Source of the DNA: a virus
DNA: 64,000 bases
Reading direction: 5' to 3' (one strand)
Virus record (IMG/VR): IMGVR_UViG_3300045988_153285
Location: 1 to 64,000 of that record
Numbering within the stretch: position 1 is the first letter of the stretch; the number at the start of each line of letters is the position of its first letter. The notes beneath the pieces are model-generated. The model had not been told where the DNA came from and made no database searches. It saw nothing but the letters and a program-made list of their open reading frames with translations. Below, piece by piece: positions 48,960 to 58,392 of the stretch. A program made the position numbers and the translations under genes.

Positions 48960-49124
48960 ATGAAAAAAACAATTGGAAAAGGAATTATTCTAGGAGCAGC
49001 TATAACAATAGCAATAGGTGTAATAGGAGGTGCAACAATGATGAAACCTAGAATATTAAATCCATGGGGAGGTACAAATGATAAAGACGGGATTGAATTA
49101 GCAATATTGAATCCTTGGGGATAA
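48960..49124 (+). CDS. secreted pro-peptide candidate with duplicated ILNPWG, the second copy at the extreme C-terminus
   Basis: 54 aa by hand translation: MKKTIGKGIILGAATITIAIGVIGGATMMKPRILNPWGGTNDKDGIELAILNPWG. RBS GGAGG sits 7 nt upstream. Confidence 0.5.
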   Translation: MKKTIGKGIILGAAITIAIGVIGGATMMKPRILNPWGGTNDKDGIELAILNPWG

Positions 49125-49199
49125 TTGGAAGAGTGGGCATCTTAATTGGTGTCCACTTAAAATTGTATAGATTAATATAATAAAGGAGAATGAGAAAAT

Positions 49200-49976
49200 A
49201 TGAACAATAATGTAGAAAAATTTTTAAGTGAAGTATTTGGAGAAGTTAGAGTAGAAAAAGATAACTTAAAATTATGGTTTTGCGCTAGTGATATAGCAAA
49301 AGTATTAAATTATAGCTCAACACAAAAGATTACCGATAAAGTTGATGATGAAGATAAAGATTACCGAACTTGGGTAACCCTTGGAGGAAAACAAAATATG
49401 ATTTGCATAAACGAATCAGGCTTATATCAAGCGGTATTAAGTATTACTAAAAAGGATAAGGAGAGATACGAAAAATCAAGAGAGTTTAAAAGATGGATCA
49501 CAGGAATAGTTATACCTGCTATAAGAAAAGATGGAGCTTATATTCAGGATGAGGAAAAAGTTTCTCATGGAGAATTAAGCGAGGAAGAATTTATTTTAAA
49601 AGCTATGACAATAATGCAGAATAAAATTGATAGGCTATCAAGAGAAAATGCAGAGATGAAACCAAAAGTAGAATATGTTGATAAAATACTATCAAGTACG
49701 GATGCAGTTACAACAACTCAAATAGCAAAAGATTATGGATTATCTGCAAGACAATTGAACGATATATTAAAAGAAGAAAAAATTCAATACAAACAAAATT
49801 CTCAATGGCTACTATATTCTAAATATGCAGATAAAGGATATATGAAATCTGATACATTTAGATATGATAAACATAATGGTGAAGTTGGAACCAAGATAAA
49901 CTCTAAATGGACTCAACAAGGTAGATTATTTATACACGAAGTATTGAAAGGTAGAAACATAAAACCGGTAGCATAA
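49200..49976 (+). CDS. phage antirepressor (Bro-N + KilAC/ANT domains)
   Basis: Bro-N region reads WFCASDIAKVLNY...NESGLYQAVL. KilAC region reads TTTQIAKDYGLSARQLNDILKE. Confidence 0.8.
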   Translation: MNNNVEKFLSEVFGEVRVEKDNLKLWFCASDIAKVLNYSSTQKITDKVDDEDKDYRTWVTLGGKQNMICINESGLYQAVLSITKKDKERYEKSREFKRWITGIVIPAIRKDGAYIQDEEKVSHGELSEEEFILKAMTIMQNKIDRLSRENAEMKPKVEYVDKILSSTDAVTTTQIAKDYGLSARQLNDILKEEKIQYKQNSQWLLYSKYADKGYMKSDTFRYDKHNGEVGTKINSKWTQQGRLFIHEVLKGRNIKPVA

Positions 49977-50042
49977 TACATATAAATAGTTTTAGGTGGC
50001 TAATCTATAAAACCACCTTCAAATATAAATTAACAAAACTCA

Positions 50043-50071
50043 TTGACTGAATTTGAAAAGTATGGTAATAT
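50043..50071 (+). promoter_or_regulatory. promoter TTGACT-17-TAATAT
   Basis: Junction motif at 50027-50038. Confidence 0.55.
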
Positions 50072-50109
50072 ATAAATATAGAAATTAAGAAAAATGAGAG
50101 GTCAAAAAA

Positions 50110-51054
50110 ATGAGTATTATAATTGATAGATTTGAAAGAGAATTAATAAGATCCGAAGCTTCTGTTGATACAATAGCAGCATATAAAAGTGATTTGAAAA
50201 AATTTCATGAATATATAAGAGAAAATGTTTTTTACAGCGATAGCAGTTTCGATGAATCTCTTTGTGCTATTACCTATGAGGTTTTAGAAGATTTTATTTA
50301 TTGGCTTGAAGATAGAGAATATTCAAGAGCAACAATTAACAGAATGGTCGCATCACTAAAAGCATTTTATAAATACTATTCTAAGCATAGCGGATTTAAT
50401 CCTGCTATTGGACTTAAAGGATATAAGAATGTGAATAGTAGACGTAGAACTGTATTATCAAAAGAACAAGTAATTAAAATAATAAACCAAACACAGATAA
50501 AAAGATATGGTGAACCTTATATGTTATTTAATGCACAAAGAAATAGATTTTTAATAGCTTTACTTGCAACAACTGGACTGAGAATAGGAGAAGCACTTAA
50601 TATTAAGTTCGGAAATATAGAACACTACGATGGATATAAAATGGTTAATATCGACATACATAAAGGAAAAACTAAACTTAACAAAAGAGTTCCTATTTGT
50701 GAAAAAATATTGCCATACTATGATTTATATATAGAAGAATATAAGAAAAAATTTAAGATAAGTGATGAAAAATATTTAATTGTTGCTGGAAGATCAGGAG
50801 GACAATTGTGTTCAAAATCTAGTAATGTGATGATAAAAAAATATTGTAAAGAATTAGAGATAGAAGATGTGACAAACCATTGTTTTAGACATTACGCTAA
50901 TACATCACTGGAAGAACTTGAAACACCAGATTCAATAAGAAAAAAAATATTAGGGTGGAGTTGCAATGGTGATATGGGGAATAGTATATATTCGCATGAT
51001 ACAGAAAAAAAAGATAAGATAATGGCGAAGTATTGCAATAAAATATTAGAGTAG
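50110..51054 (+). CDS. tyrosine recombinase (XerC/D-like; integrase or dimer resolvase)
   Basis: TGLRIGEAL (Arg), HCFRHYA (HxxR) and GNSIYSH (Tyr). Confidence 0.8.
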   Translation: MSIIIDRFERELIRSEASVDTIAAYKSDLKKFHEYIRENVFYSDSSFDESLCAITYEVLEDFIYWLEDREYSRATINRMVASLKAFYKYYSKHSGFNPAIGLKGYKNVNSRRRTVLSKEQVIKIINQTQIKRYGEPYMLFNAQRNRFLIALLATTGLRIGEALNIKFGNIEHYDGYKMVNIDIHKGKTKLNKRVPICEKILPYYDLYIEEYKKKFKISDEKYLIVAGRSGGQLCSKSSNVMIKKYCKELEIEDVTNHCFRHYANTSLEELETPDSIRKKILGWSCNGDMGNSIYSHDTEKKDKIMAKYCNKILE

Positions 51055-51061
51055 GGTTTTC

Positions 51062-51367
51062 CTACTCTTCTAATAAAAACATGTGAGAACAACCTTTATT
51101 AATATGATTTTTACGGCAAGTCTTTCGTAACTCCTTCGTGGGCATAATAACACAATTATTACAATTGTATTGAATTATTTCACTAGGACAGGTTTTTAAG
51201 TTTTTACAAACTTCAATAAATCTGTCACGTTCATTAGATCCACGATATCTGAAATTATTTGTTTCTAATCTACTTATGTAAGTTTGAGATACTTTTGATT
51301 TAATAGCTAGTTCATCTTGTGTAAGTTTATTTTTCGTCCTATGTTCTTTTAAATTTAATTTTATCAT
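51062..51367 (-). CDS. XRE-family HTH regulator with Cys-rich C-terminus
   Basis: HTH reads LTQDELAIKSKVSQTYISRLE. The likely start is the ATG at 51367. The ORF-track N-extension is hydrophobic junk. Confidence 0.65.
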   Translation of the reverse strand: MIKLNLKEHRTKNKLTQDELAIKSKVSQTYISRLETNNFRYRGSNERDRFIEVCKNLKTCPSEIIQYNCNNCVIMPTKELRKTCRKNHINKGCSHMFLLEE

Positions 51368-51608
51368 TCTTATTCCTTTCTTAATATTTTTATTATATTT
51401 AATAATATTAAAAAATGAAAGAAAAACAAAGCAATACAAATACAAAAAATGAAGAAATATGGAAGAAATAAACGACAAATATTACTATACGGAATAAAAA
51501 TGTGAGAAAAATGTTATATAATGTTATTGTAGACAAATGGTTGCCTCATTTGATATAATAGCAATAAGAAAAGAGAGAACATGTGTTCTTTAGAAAGGGG
51601 AAATTAGG

Positions 51609-51821
51609 ATGGGAGAATTAAGTTTATTAGACTTAAAGGTATTATTAATAGAAAAGGAGGTATTCGATATTGAGAGAAATGGAGAAAAAATGTTTGATGT
51701 TGGCTCAGATGAATTATGGGAAGAAATACATAAAGAAAAAATTATAAAAGCCGAGTTTTTCGGAGATGAAAGTATAGTATACATAAAGTTACAAAGCAAT
51801 GAATTAATATTATTGTTGTAG
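51609..51821 (+). CDS. hypothetical protein
   Basis: 70-aa ORF. Confidence 0.4.
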   Translation: MGELSLLDLKVLLIEKEVFDIERNGEKMFDVGSDELWEEIHKEKIIKAEFFGDESIVYIKLQSNELILLL

Positions 51822-51978
51822 AATAAGCACAGTTAAGTGCTAACATGTAAGTAAAATTAACGAAATATAAACATAAATCACTCCTTTTAGGGTATAATAC
51901 ATATATAAAATAATAAAAAAGATTGATTAAACTGTTGTTTTTATATATAATTATATTTATAGAAGGAGTGTTTTTATC

Positions 51979-53319
51979 ATGGAAAGTTTAGAAAAATTAA
52001 AAGAGAGAATATTAGAATCTGTAGAAGATAATATTAACAATAAAAAATTATTAAAAGAGTTGAGAGAGGAATTTATAAAGAAAAAATTACCTTCAGCCAT
52101 ACCAAACCAATTGTTTAGTGAGTCTATAGATGAAGATCACTTAGATAAAAATGTATTGATTGCTATAACAAAAGTATTTAAGAATGAATTAGACTCTGAA
52201 AAATTTAAACTATCTAATTACTTTAGTGAAGGTGAAATATTTAGCTACAACAATGAGATAGAAGTTAAAGAAAAAATAGATTATGTATTGTTTAAAGGAA
52301 TCAGACAGATAGATGGCAAGAACTTTTTAGGTGTTATTGATGGTAAGCAAGCAGTTGAAATGAGAAAAAATTCACTATATTCCTATAATAAGTTATTTCA
52401 ACGTGCGCCTAAGGTGGTCAGAACATCTTCTGGAAGAACTATAAAGAAAATTGATGCGAATAAAGAAAATATATTAGATATGGAAAAAGAGTTTTCAGAA
52501 GAAAAAATGACACCAACATCTATTCATTTTGCTATATTAGTTAATAATACGGCAGGAATAAGCGAAAACTTTAAATTTAAAAAAATGTATGAAAATATAG
52601 GTGATATGTGGATTAAGCCGAACTTTGATTTTGAATCTGAAACTTATTTACCATTAATGTGTGTTGATGGGTGGCATAGATTAACAGCTATGTGCAATGC
52701 AGTTGAAAAAGCTGAAGCAGAAGGAAAAACAATAAAGGCTGAATTAGGATGTTTTGTTCATATTTTTGATAATGAAGCAGCTATTAGACACTTTATAGTT
52801 AGTACATTTAAACGCTGTACGACTAATCTAGATTATTTAAATGCAATTACTCCTAATGATGACAATATATTTATAGATGAATTTATAAAAGAATGCAAAT
52901 GGTTAAATGGACATACAGCATTAACTAAGCAAGAAATGAAATTAGAAAATAATTATACTGAAAAAAGAATATTAATAGATTCATTTAAGAAAACTAATAT
53001 AGAGATGAATGATGATCTAAAGAACACAATAAGTCGAGAAAAAGTGGCAAAAGTAATCGATGAAACATTAGATTATGTATTAAAAGAATTATATGATAAC
53101 AATTTAGAAAAAATGATTAATACTATTTATTTGAATAGAAATATATTTAAAATGTATATAAAGTTTGCAGCAGAAGTTAGAGATAAAAAATATGGAATGG
53201 ATATTTATAACCTGATTCAGTATATAGAAAATAATTGCGAAAAAATTACAAACACATTTAATGAAAAGTATATAGCAGATAGTAGTATAGATTTAATTCT
53301 GAGCGAGGTGATTAAATAA
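51979..53319 (+). CDS. DGQHR/DndB-like (ParB/Srx-fold) domain protein
   Basis: CVDGWHRLTAM with upstream FQRAPKV resembles the DndB-type QR...DGQHR arrangement. Confidence 0.45.
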   Translation: MESLEKLKERILESVEDNINNKKLLKELREEFIKKKLPSAIPNQLFSESIDEDHLDKNVLIAITKVFKNELDSEKFKLSNYFSEGEIFSYNNEIEVKEKIDYVLFKGIRQIDGKNFLGVIDGKQAVEMRKNSLYSYNKLFQRAPKVVRTSSGRTIKKIDANKENILDMEKEFSEEKMTPTSIHFAILVNNTAGISENFKFKKMYENIGDMWIKPNFDFESETYLPLMCVDGWHRLTAMCNAVEKAEAEGKTIKAELGCFVHIFDNEAAIRHFIVSTFKRCTTNLDYLNAITPNDDNIFIDEFIKECKWLNGHTALTKQEMKLENNYTEKRILIDSFKKTNIEMNDDLKNTISREKVAKVIDETLDYVLKELYDNNLEKMINTIYLNRNIFKMYIKFAAEVRDKKYGMDIYNLIQYIENNCEKITNTFNEKYIADSSIDLILSEVIK

Positions 53320-54461
53320 TGAAGACTTTTGAGGAATTAATAAAGAGCGAAAGAAATAAATTGGAAAATAAAAATTTAAAATTTGATGAGTACGAGAACA
53401 ATAAGATAAACTGGTTAAACGATGATGAGAATAACGGATATATAGCAGAAAAAACAAAGATAACTTATTATAGATTGTTAGATGTGCATGTGCATAGTTC
53501 GGAAATAGCTAATAACAAAGATTTAAGAAAATTTACAAGTGTAGAAATAGAAAACCTAGTTAAAGGAGCAATAACTAATAGTAGTACAACTAAACGTGCT
53601 ATATTTGCAGCTATAAATAATTATATGATATATAACGTTGAAAGAGGATTTATAAGCTACAATCCATGTGACTCAATACCAACAACTGATTTATTTGAAG
53701 TAAATAATAAAGCATTAAAAGAACAATACATGCCGTTAGATGAGTTCTATGCATATGTAGATGAATTATCTGCTGATAATGTTGAAAAAATGGTATATGT
53801 ACTAATTAGATACGGTGTACCAGTAAGTGATGTACCTAATGTCAAATGGGAAGATTTGAATGAAGAAGAAATGGTATTAACAACTATTGTTAAGAAAAAA
53901 GCAGTGTCATTACCTATAGATGAAGATTTTATAAGAAAAGCAAGGTTGTGTAGGGCATGTTCAGAGTATGAAGATGGTGGCTATATGATAAAAACAGTAG
54001 ATGGAAGACTTTCTTCTGTAAGTAGAATATATGGAATAATTGATAGGGTTAGTAAAGCTAGCGAAGTTGCAAGACCAGATATGGGAATGTTATTTAAAAA
54101 TAGAAGATATGATCTCGCATTAGAAATTTATGAAGATGAAGGACAAATAGAATCAAACGATCTAAAAGAAATATTAGATATATTAGGTTTATCAAGTGGA
54201 AATTCTAGTTTAACTACATTTAGAAAAGAATTAGAAAATATCTTTGGTTTAGAAGTTAAAACAAAAAACAAAAGAGCTATTGATGTTATAGATATTAATA
54301 CAGGTGAAATAATAAAGACTTATGAATCTATTAGAAATGTGGTAAAAGATAGCAAAGAAACTTTCGGATTCTATATAGATAAGAGTGTTGTTGGGAAAAC
54401 ATGCAAAGGTGAAAGAGAAGGCATGAGAGGATTAACATTTAGATATTCAGAGCAGGGGTAA
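53319..54461 (+). CDS. catalytically degenerate tyrosine-recombinase-like protein with NUMOD-like C-terminal DNA-binding tail
   Basis: SAM-like core-binding region (TKRAIFAAINNYMIYNVERGFISYNPC). The box I Arg is replaced (IRYGVPVSDV). I could not recognise HxxR or the Tyr. The tail reads GLTFRY. The start overlaps the upstream stop (TAATG). Confidence 0.4.
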   Translation: MKTFEELIKSERNKLENKNLKFDEYENNKINWLNDDENNGYIAEKTKITYYRLLDVHVHSSEIANNKDLRKFTSVEIENLVKGAITNSSTTKRAIFAAINNYMIYNVERGFISYNPCDSIPTTDLFEVNNKALKEQYMPLDEFYAYVDELSADNVEKMVYVLIRYGVPVSDVPNVKWEDLNEEEMVLTTIVKKKAVSLPIDEDFIRKARLCRACSEYEDGGYMIKTVDGRLSSVSRIYGIIDRVSKASEVARPDMGMLFKNRRYDLALEIYEDEGQIESNDLKEILDILGLSSGNSSLTTFRKELENIFGLEVKTKNKRAIDVIDINTGEIIKTYESIRNVVKDSKETFGFYIDKSVVGKTCKGEREGMRGLTFRYSEQG

Positions 54462-54606
54462 AACCTGTTCTTTTATTATATAAATATAAATTAATAAAAT
54501 TTGAGAGAAAAGTGTTTACTTTTATTTCAAACTATGATATTATAATGACATAAGCTAAATATAAATAAATTTGAATTCTATTAGAAAATAAAGGAGAATT
54601 GTAGCA

Positions 54607-54759
54607 ATGTTAAAGAGATTTCAATGTGAAGAATGTGATAGTTATGATTATTTAGATCGTGAAGGTAGTGGAGAAGATGAGTATGGAGAATACGAAGCTT
54701 TTAGTTGTGAATGTGGCCATATAACACACATATATTATGAAGAAGATGATTCAATATAA
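54607..54759 (+). CDS. small zinc-ribbon protein (50 aa)
   Basis: Contains CEEC...CECGH. Translated by hand. Confidence 0.4.
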   Translation: MLKRFQCEECDSYDYLDREGSGEDEYGEYEAFSCECGHITHIYYEEDDSI

Positions 54760-54791
54760 AAAGTTAAATTTATTTAAAAGAGGTGGATACT

Positions 54792-55085
54792 ATGGGGGAT
54801 AAACTAACAATGCAAGAAAGAAGTAAAATAAAAAGATTTTTAATTTACTTATATCAAAATAATAAATATGATGACCAAAAGTATTGTACGAATAAGAAAA
54901 GATTATTGGAATGTATAGATTTAGTCGAAAATGAGTCTATTTTTAAAAAGGAAGATGCTTTAGATTTGAGGTTGTTTTTAGATAGTGCTGTTATAGACTT
55001 TAAGAAAACAAGAATTGGATCATTAATAGATGATGATGTATTTAAAAATGCATATAATAAAATATTCAATATGTATTTGGCATAA
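54792..55085 (+). CDS. hypothetical protein
   Basis: RBS followed by the ATG at 54792. Confidence 0.45.
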   Translation: MGDKLTMQERSKIKRFLIYLYQNNKYDDQKYCTNKKRLLECIDLVENESIFKKEDALDLRLFLDSAVIDFKKTRIGSLIDDDVFKNAYNKIFNMYLA

Positions 55086-55115
55086 AATATGTATTTTAGG
55101 AGGAATAAAAGTTAT

Positions 55116-55475
55116 ATGGATAAAATAGAATTAATAAAATATTTGGCGGACAATATTTTAACTACAGATTTATTAGAAGGATGGGCTAAAGATGAAATTA
55201 AAGAATTGAAAAAATTAAGAGATGGAAATTTTAATATAATGAATAAACATATTTATGAAATATCGAACTATTGGTATGATGAAGAAATTATGGATAATCA
55301 TTATGGATTTTTATATCTTCAAAGTGATAGAGAGTATAGTCAAGATGAGTTTTGGAGATTATGTGAGGAAATAGGTAAAGAACACGGAAATGATAATGTA
55401 TATGATATTCTTATAAGTAAATATGGATTCGAGCGTATGGAGATTACATCGAAGTATGAATATGAAGAAGAATAA
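55116..55475 (+). CDS. hypothetical protein
   Basis: RBS AGGAGG followed by the ATG at 55116. Confidence 0.45.
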   Translation: MDKIELIKYLADNILTTDLLEGWAKDEIKELKKLRDGNFNIMNKHIYEISNYWYDEEIMDNHYGFLYLQSDREYSQDEFWRLCEEIGKEHGNDNVYDILISKYGFERMEITSKYEYEEE

Positions 55476-55553
55476 GATAAAAAGATTATTTTAAGACTAT
55501 TTATATAAAAATAGTATATAATAATATAATAACAAAAGATGAGGAGTTTTATT

Positions 55554-55886
55554 ATGAAATATGATTTTAAGGTTAACTTAACAGAAGATTTATATAAAAT
55601 ATTTTTAGAAAGCGAATCAGATTTTAATTTAAATAAATTTAATAGTATCAAAGAAGAGTTTGAGGAATTTAGAATATTATATAATGATTCACCAGAAGAT
55701 GATGCGATGATATACACAGCAGCATTTAATGAACATAGCGATCATTATCAAATCTTATTAGTCGGTATGAAAGAAGAAAAAGGGACTATATTGTGCTACT
55801 ACTATGTAGGTGACGATAAAAATGATGTGTGGTACAGACAGGGTAGAAATGACTTTAAAAAGATTTTGAGATTTAAAATAAAGTAA
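55554..55886 (+). CDS. hypothetical protein
   Basis: RBS GAGGAG followed by the ATG at 55554. Confidence 0.45.
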   Translation: MKYDFKVNLTEDLYKIFLESESDFNLNKFNSIKEEFEEFRILYNDSPEDDAMIYTAAFNEHSDHYQILLVGMKEEKGTILCYYYVGDDKNDVWYRQGRNDFKKILRFKIK

Positions 55887-55914
55887 AATTATGATTTTTA
55901 AGGAGGCAATAATT

Positions 55915-56238
55915 ATGAAATTTAAAAACTCAGATGAATTACTGAAAATGATATTAAATAATAAGTTAAAGGTGGAAATGAAATTAAAGGAGGGTATTAC
56001 ACAAAAATTCCCTTACTTTAATTTAGGAGTAACTTTTTATGAAGGAAAGGAGAAATGGGTTGAATGTAAATTCGAAGACTATGCAAGTTTCTCACCAATT
56101 TCAGCGAAGTATAAATTAAATGTAGTTCCAATTGATAAGAATTTCAATAAGAGAGATTATTATTTTAGTGATCTATATGACACATTGAACCTGGAAGATC
56201 CAGAAAGAACAAAAATAAGAGTGAAATTAATAAATTAA
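55915..56238 (+). CDS. hypothetical protein
   Basis: RBS AGGAGG followed by the ATG at 55915. Confidence 0.45.
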   Translation: MKFKNSDELLKMILNNKLKVEMKLKEGITQKFPYFNLGVTFYEGKEKWVECKFEDYASFSPISAKYKLNVVPIDKNFNKRDYYFSDLYDTLNLEDPERTKIRVKLIN

Positions 56239-56268
56239 CTATTTTATAATATAAATTAACAAAAATGA

Positions 56269-56298
56269 TTGACAACAATTAGAAAGTTATGGTAATAT
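56269..56298 (+). promoter_or_regulatory. promoter TTGACA-18-TAATAT
   Basis: Junction motif at 56253-56264. Confidence 0.55.
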
Positions 56299-56332
56299 AA
56301 ATTTGCAAGATAGATCAAAAGGAGTTGAGAAT

Positions 56333-56920
56333 ATGAAAAATAAATTATTTGTTTTGTTAAGTGAGTCATCTGGTGGCAAAGATACATTATTAAATATGAT
56401 AGTAAAAAATGAATTTTTAAAACCTGTTATTTCTACAACAACAAGAAGAATGAGAAGTAATGAAGAACAAGAGCGTGAATATCATTTTATAACTAAAGAA
56501 GAATTTATGTTGATGGAAGCAAAAGATGAATTCCTAGAGACTACGAGTTATCTAATTCCTTCAGAGGGAATAGTCAAATACGGATTAGCAAAGAAAGATG
56601 TTGTTTTGAGTAAAAGCAGCTACGGAGTAATATTGAATCCAATAGGTCTCCAACAAGTAGAAGAACAATTAGGAAAAGAGAATGTTGTTAGTATTTATAT
56701 ACATAGAAATGATAAAGATAGATTTATAAGTTATCTAAATAGAGAAGAAAAAAGGTTTGATTTAATATTGGATGATGCGTACGAAAGATATAAGAGAGAT
56801 TTAAAGGACTTCGCAGGAATAGAAACAAAAGTGGATTATGTAATTAATAATGATGGTTATTCAGAAGATATGTTATTACAATTCTTAGAGATATTAAATG
56901 CAGAAAGTTATAAAAATTAA
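56333..56920 (+). CDS. guanylate-kinase-like nucleotide kinase
   Basis: SESSGGKDT (P-loop-like) and ISTTTRRMRSNEEQEREYHFITKEEF match the GMP-kinase pattern. Confidence 0.65.
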   Translation: MKNKLFVLLSESSGGKDTLLNMIVKNEFLKPVISTTTRRMRSNEEQEREYHFITKEEFMLMEAKDEFLETTSYLIPSEGIVKYGLAKKDVVLSKSSYGVILNPIGLQQVEEQLGKENVVSIYIHRNDKDRFISYLNREEKRFDLILDDAYERYKRDLKDFAGIETKVDYVINNDGYSEDMLLQFLEILNAESYKN

Positions 56921-56941
56921 AATAATAAAGGAGAAAATGAT

Positions 56942-57124
56942 ATGATTGAATTGTTAAAATTATATGGAATGAGGGAAAGAGCTTTGAAGAGAGCTAGAGA
57001 TTTGGAGGTGTTGCTTAATATAAGGAAAGAACAAGATGTTGAATTAGAATTTAATATATTAGTTAGAAAAATACATAAGTTAGATGATGAAATATTTGAA
57101 GCTGAAAGAAAATTACAACAATAG
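56942..57124 (+). CDS. hypothetical coiled-coil protein
   Basis: 60-aa ORF. Confidence 0.4.
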   Translation: MIELLKLYGMRERALKRARDLEVLLNIRKEQDVELEFNILVRKIHKLDDEIFEAERKLQQ

Positions 57125-57139
57125 AGTGATGGTGGAGAT

Positions 57140-57376
57140 ATGTATATAAGTTTTGGTCAAGCTATGGCAAAGCCTAATAGGGTTGTGATTTTAGAGGGCA
57201 TAAATGCAGAAAGAGTTGCAGCTAAAGATAAGAAAAATAAATTTAGAATTGATAAGATCAGAAGAAAAATTCCAATGAATTTTACAAAAATCAATACTGT
57301 GTTACATAGAGAGTTAAATAGCATTGAATACATAGAATTTTGGAAAGGCATCAGGATAAAAGAAGTTATAGATTAA
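57140..57376 (+). CDS. hypothetical protein
   Basis: 78-aa ORF. Confidence 0.4.
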   Translation: MYISFGQAMAKPNRVVILEGINAERVAAKDKKNKFRIDKIRRKIPMNFTKINTVLHRELNSIEYIEFWKGIRIKEVID

Positions 57377-57426
57377 TAAAATCATGTTTTTAATGGAAAT
57401 GAAATAAATTTATAAGGGAGATTATT

Positions 57427-57891
57427 ATGGGAAAATGTATAATATGTAATTGCGAAACAGAAGATTTTAGATGTTGTGTAAGAGAGGAAAATGGAGAATA
57501 TTTTGATGATTTTCAGTGTGGAGAATGTACTGATAAAATAGTTGAAAAAGAAAGAATAAAATGGGAAAGTGATTTTAATAATAAAGCGTTACCATATTTC
57601 ATAGAGAATAATTTTAAGGTAATAGTTGAAGGTAATGATAAAATAGAAGAATTTCCTATAAAAGATTCAGATGTGATGTACTGTGTAAATATAATCAGAA
57701 AAAGAATGGAAGAAAGAGGATATTATGAAAATTGGATAGATGTGCATTGGGAAGAGTGTAATGGAGTAGATTTTGAGGTTGTAGATTATTTATGTTATGC
57801 ATTACCCGAAGATGACGAAGGTGGCGAGTGGATTAGTTATCACTTGAAAATTGTTGGTAATAACAATATGAGATTAAAGAAGATATGTTAA
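57427..57891 (+). CDS. hypothetical Cys-rich protein
   Basis: CIICNC...CC...CGEC at the N-terminus. Confidence 0.45.
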   Translation: MGKCIICNCETEDFRCCVREENGEYFDDFQCGECTDKIVEKERIKWESDFNNKALPYFIENNFKVIVEGNDKIEEFPIKDSDVMYCVNIIRKRMEERGYYENWIDVHWEECNGVDFEVVDYLCYALPEDDEGGEWISYHLKIVGNNNMRLKKIC

Positions 57892-57984
57892 TAAATTGAA
57901 TTACATAAAAGACGAATTTTATTAGAAAAATATCTGTGAAAAACGGAGTAAATAGAAGTATGAGTGAGAATGGAGGAGATTAAA

Positions 57985-58347
57985 ATGAAAATTCTTTACA
58001 CTGTAAATCTAAATAATTACTATTCAAAACATTTTAATACATTTTATTGGAGAGAGTTAATTATTGATAAAGATGGTTTAGTAGAAAAAACCGTAGATGA
58101 GTTTAGAGGTTATTTAGATTATAAATTGTTTGATAAAGAAGATGAGGCAAAAGCTCATAAAGAGGCTAGAGAATTGTTTCAAGGAGACTTAGATAAAATA
58201 ATTTATGATATAGAGATTGTTAATAATATTGCAGAAGCTATAAAAATAATAGAAAACAGTAAATGTATTCAAACTATAAGGTTAAAAGATACAACATATA
58301 AAGTTAAAGAACACGATTTTACATTATCAGTAAATATAAGTAATTAA
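57985..58347 (+). CDS. hypothetical protein
   Basis: RBS GGAGGAG followed by the ATG at 57985. Confidence 0.45.
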   Translation: MKILYTVNLNNYYSKHFNTFYWRELIIDKDGLVEKTVDEFRGYLDYKLFDKEDEAKAHKEARELFQGDLDKIIYDIEIVNNIAEAIKIIENSKCIQTIRLKDTTYKVKEHDFTLSVNISN

Positions 58348-58392
58348 AAGAAATATTTTAAAAGAATCTAAAATTAACAAAGGAGAGATAGT

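Noticed and set aside
51062-51478. Full 138-aa version of the minus-strand XRE ORF.
   Set aside because: The first 37 codons are Phe/Leu-rich read-through of AT-rich upstream DNA. The internal ATG at 51367 has an RBS and starts right at the HTH domain.
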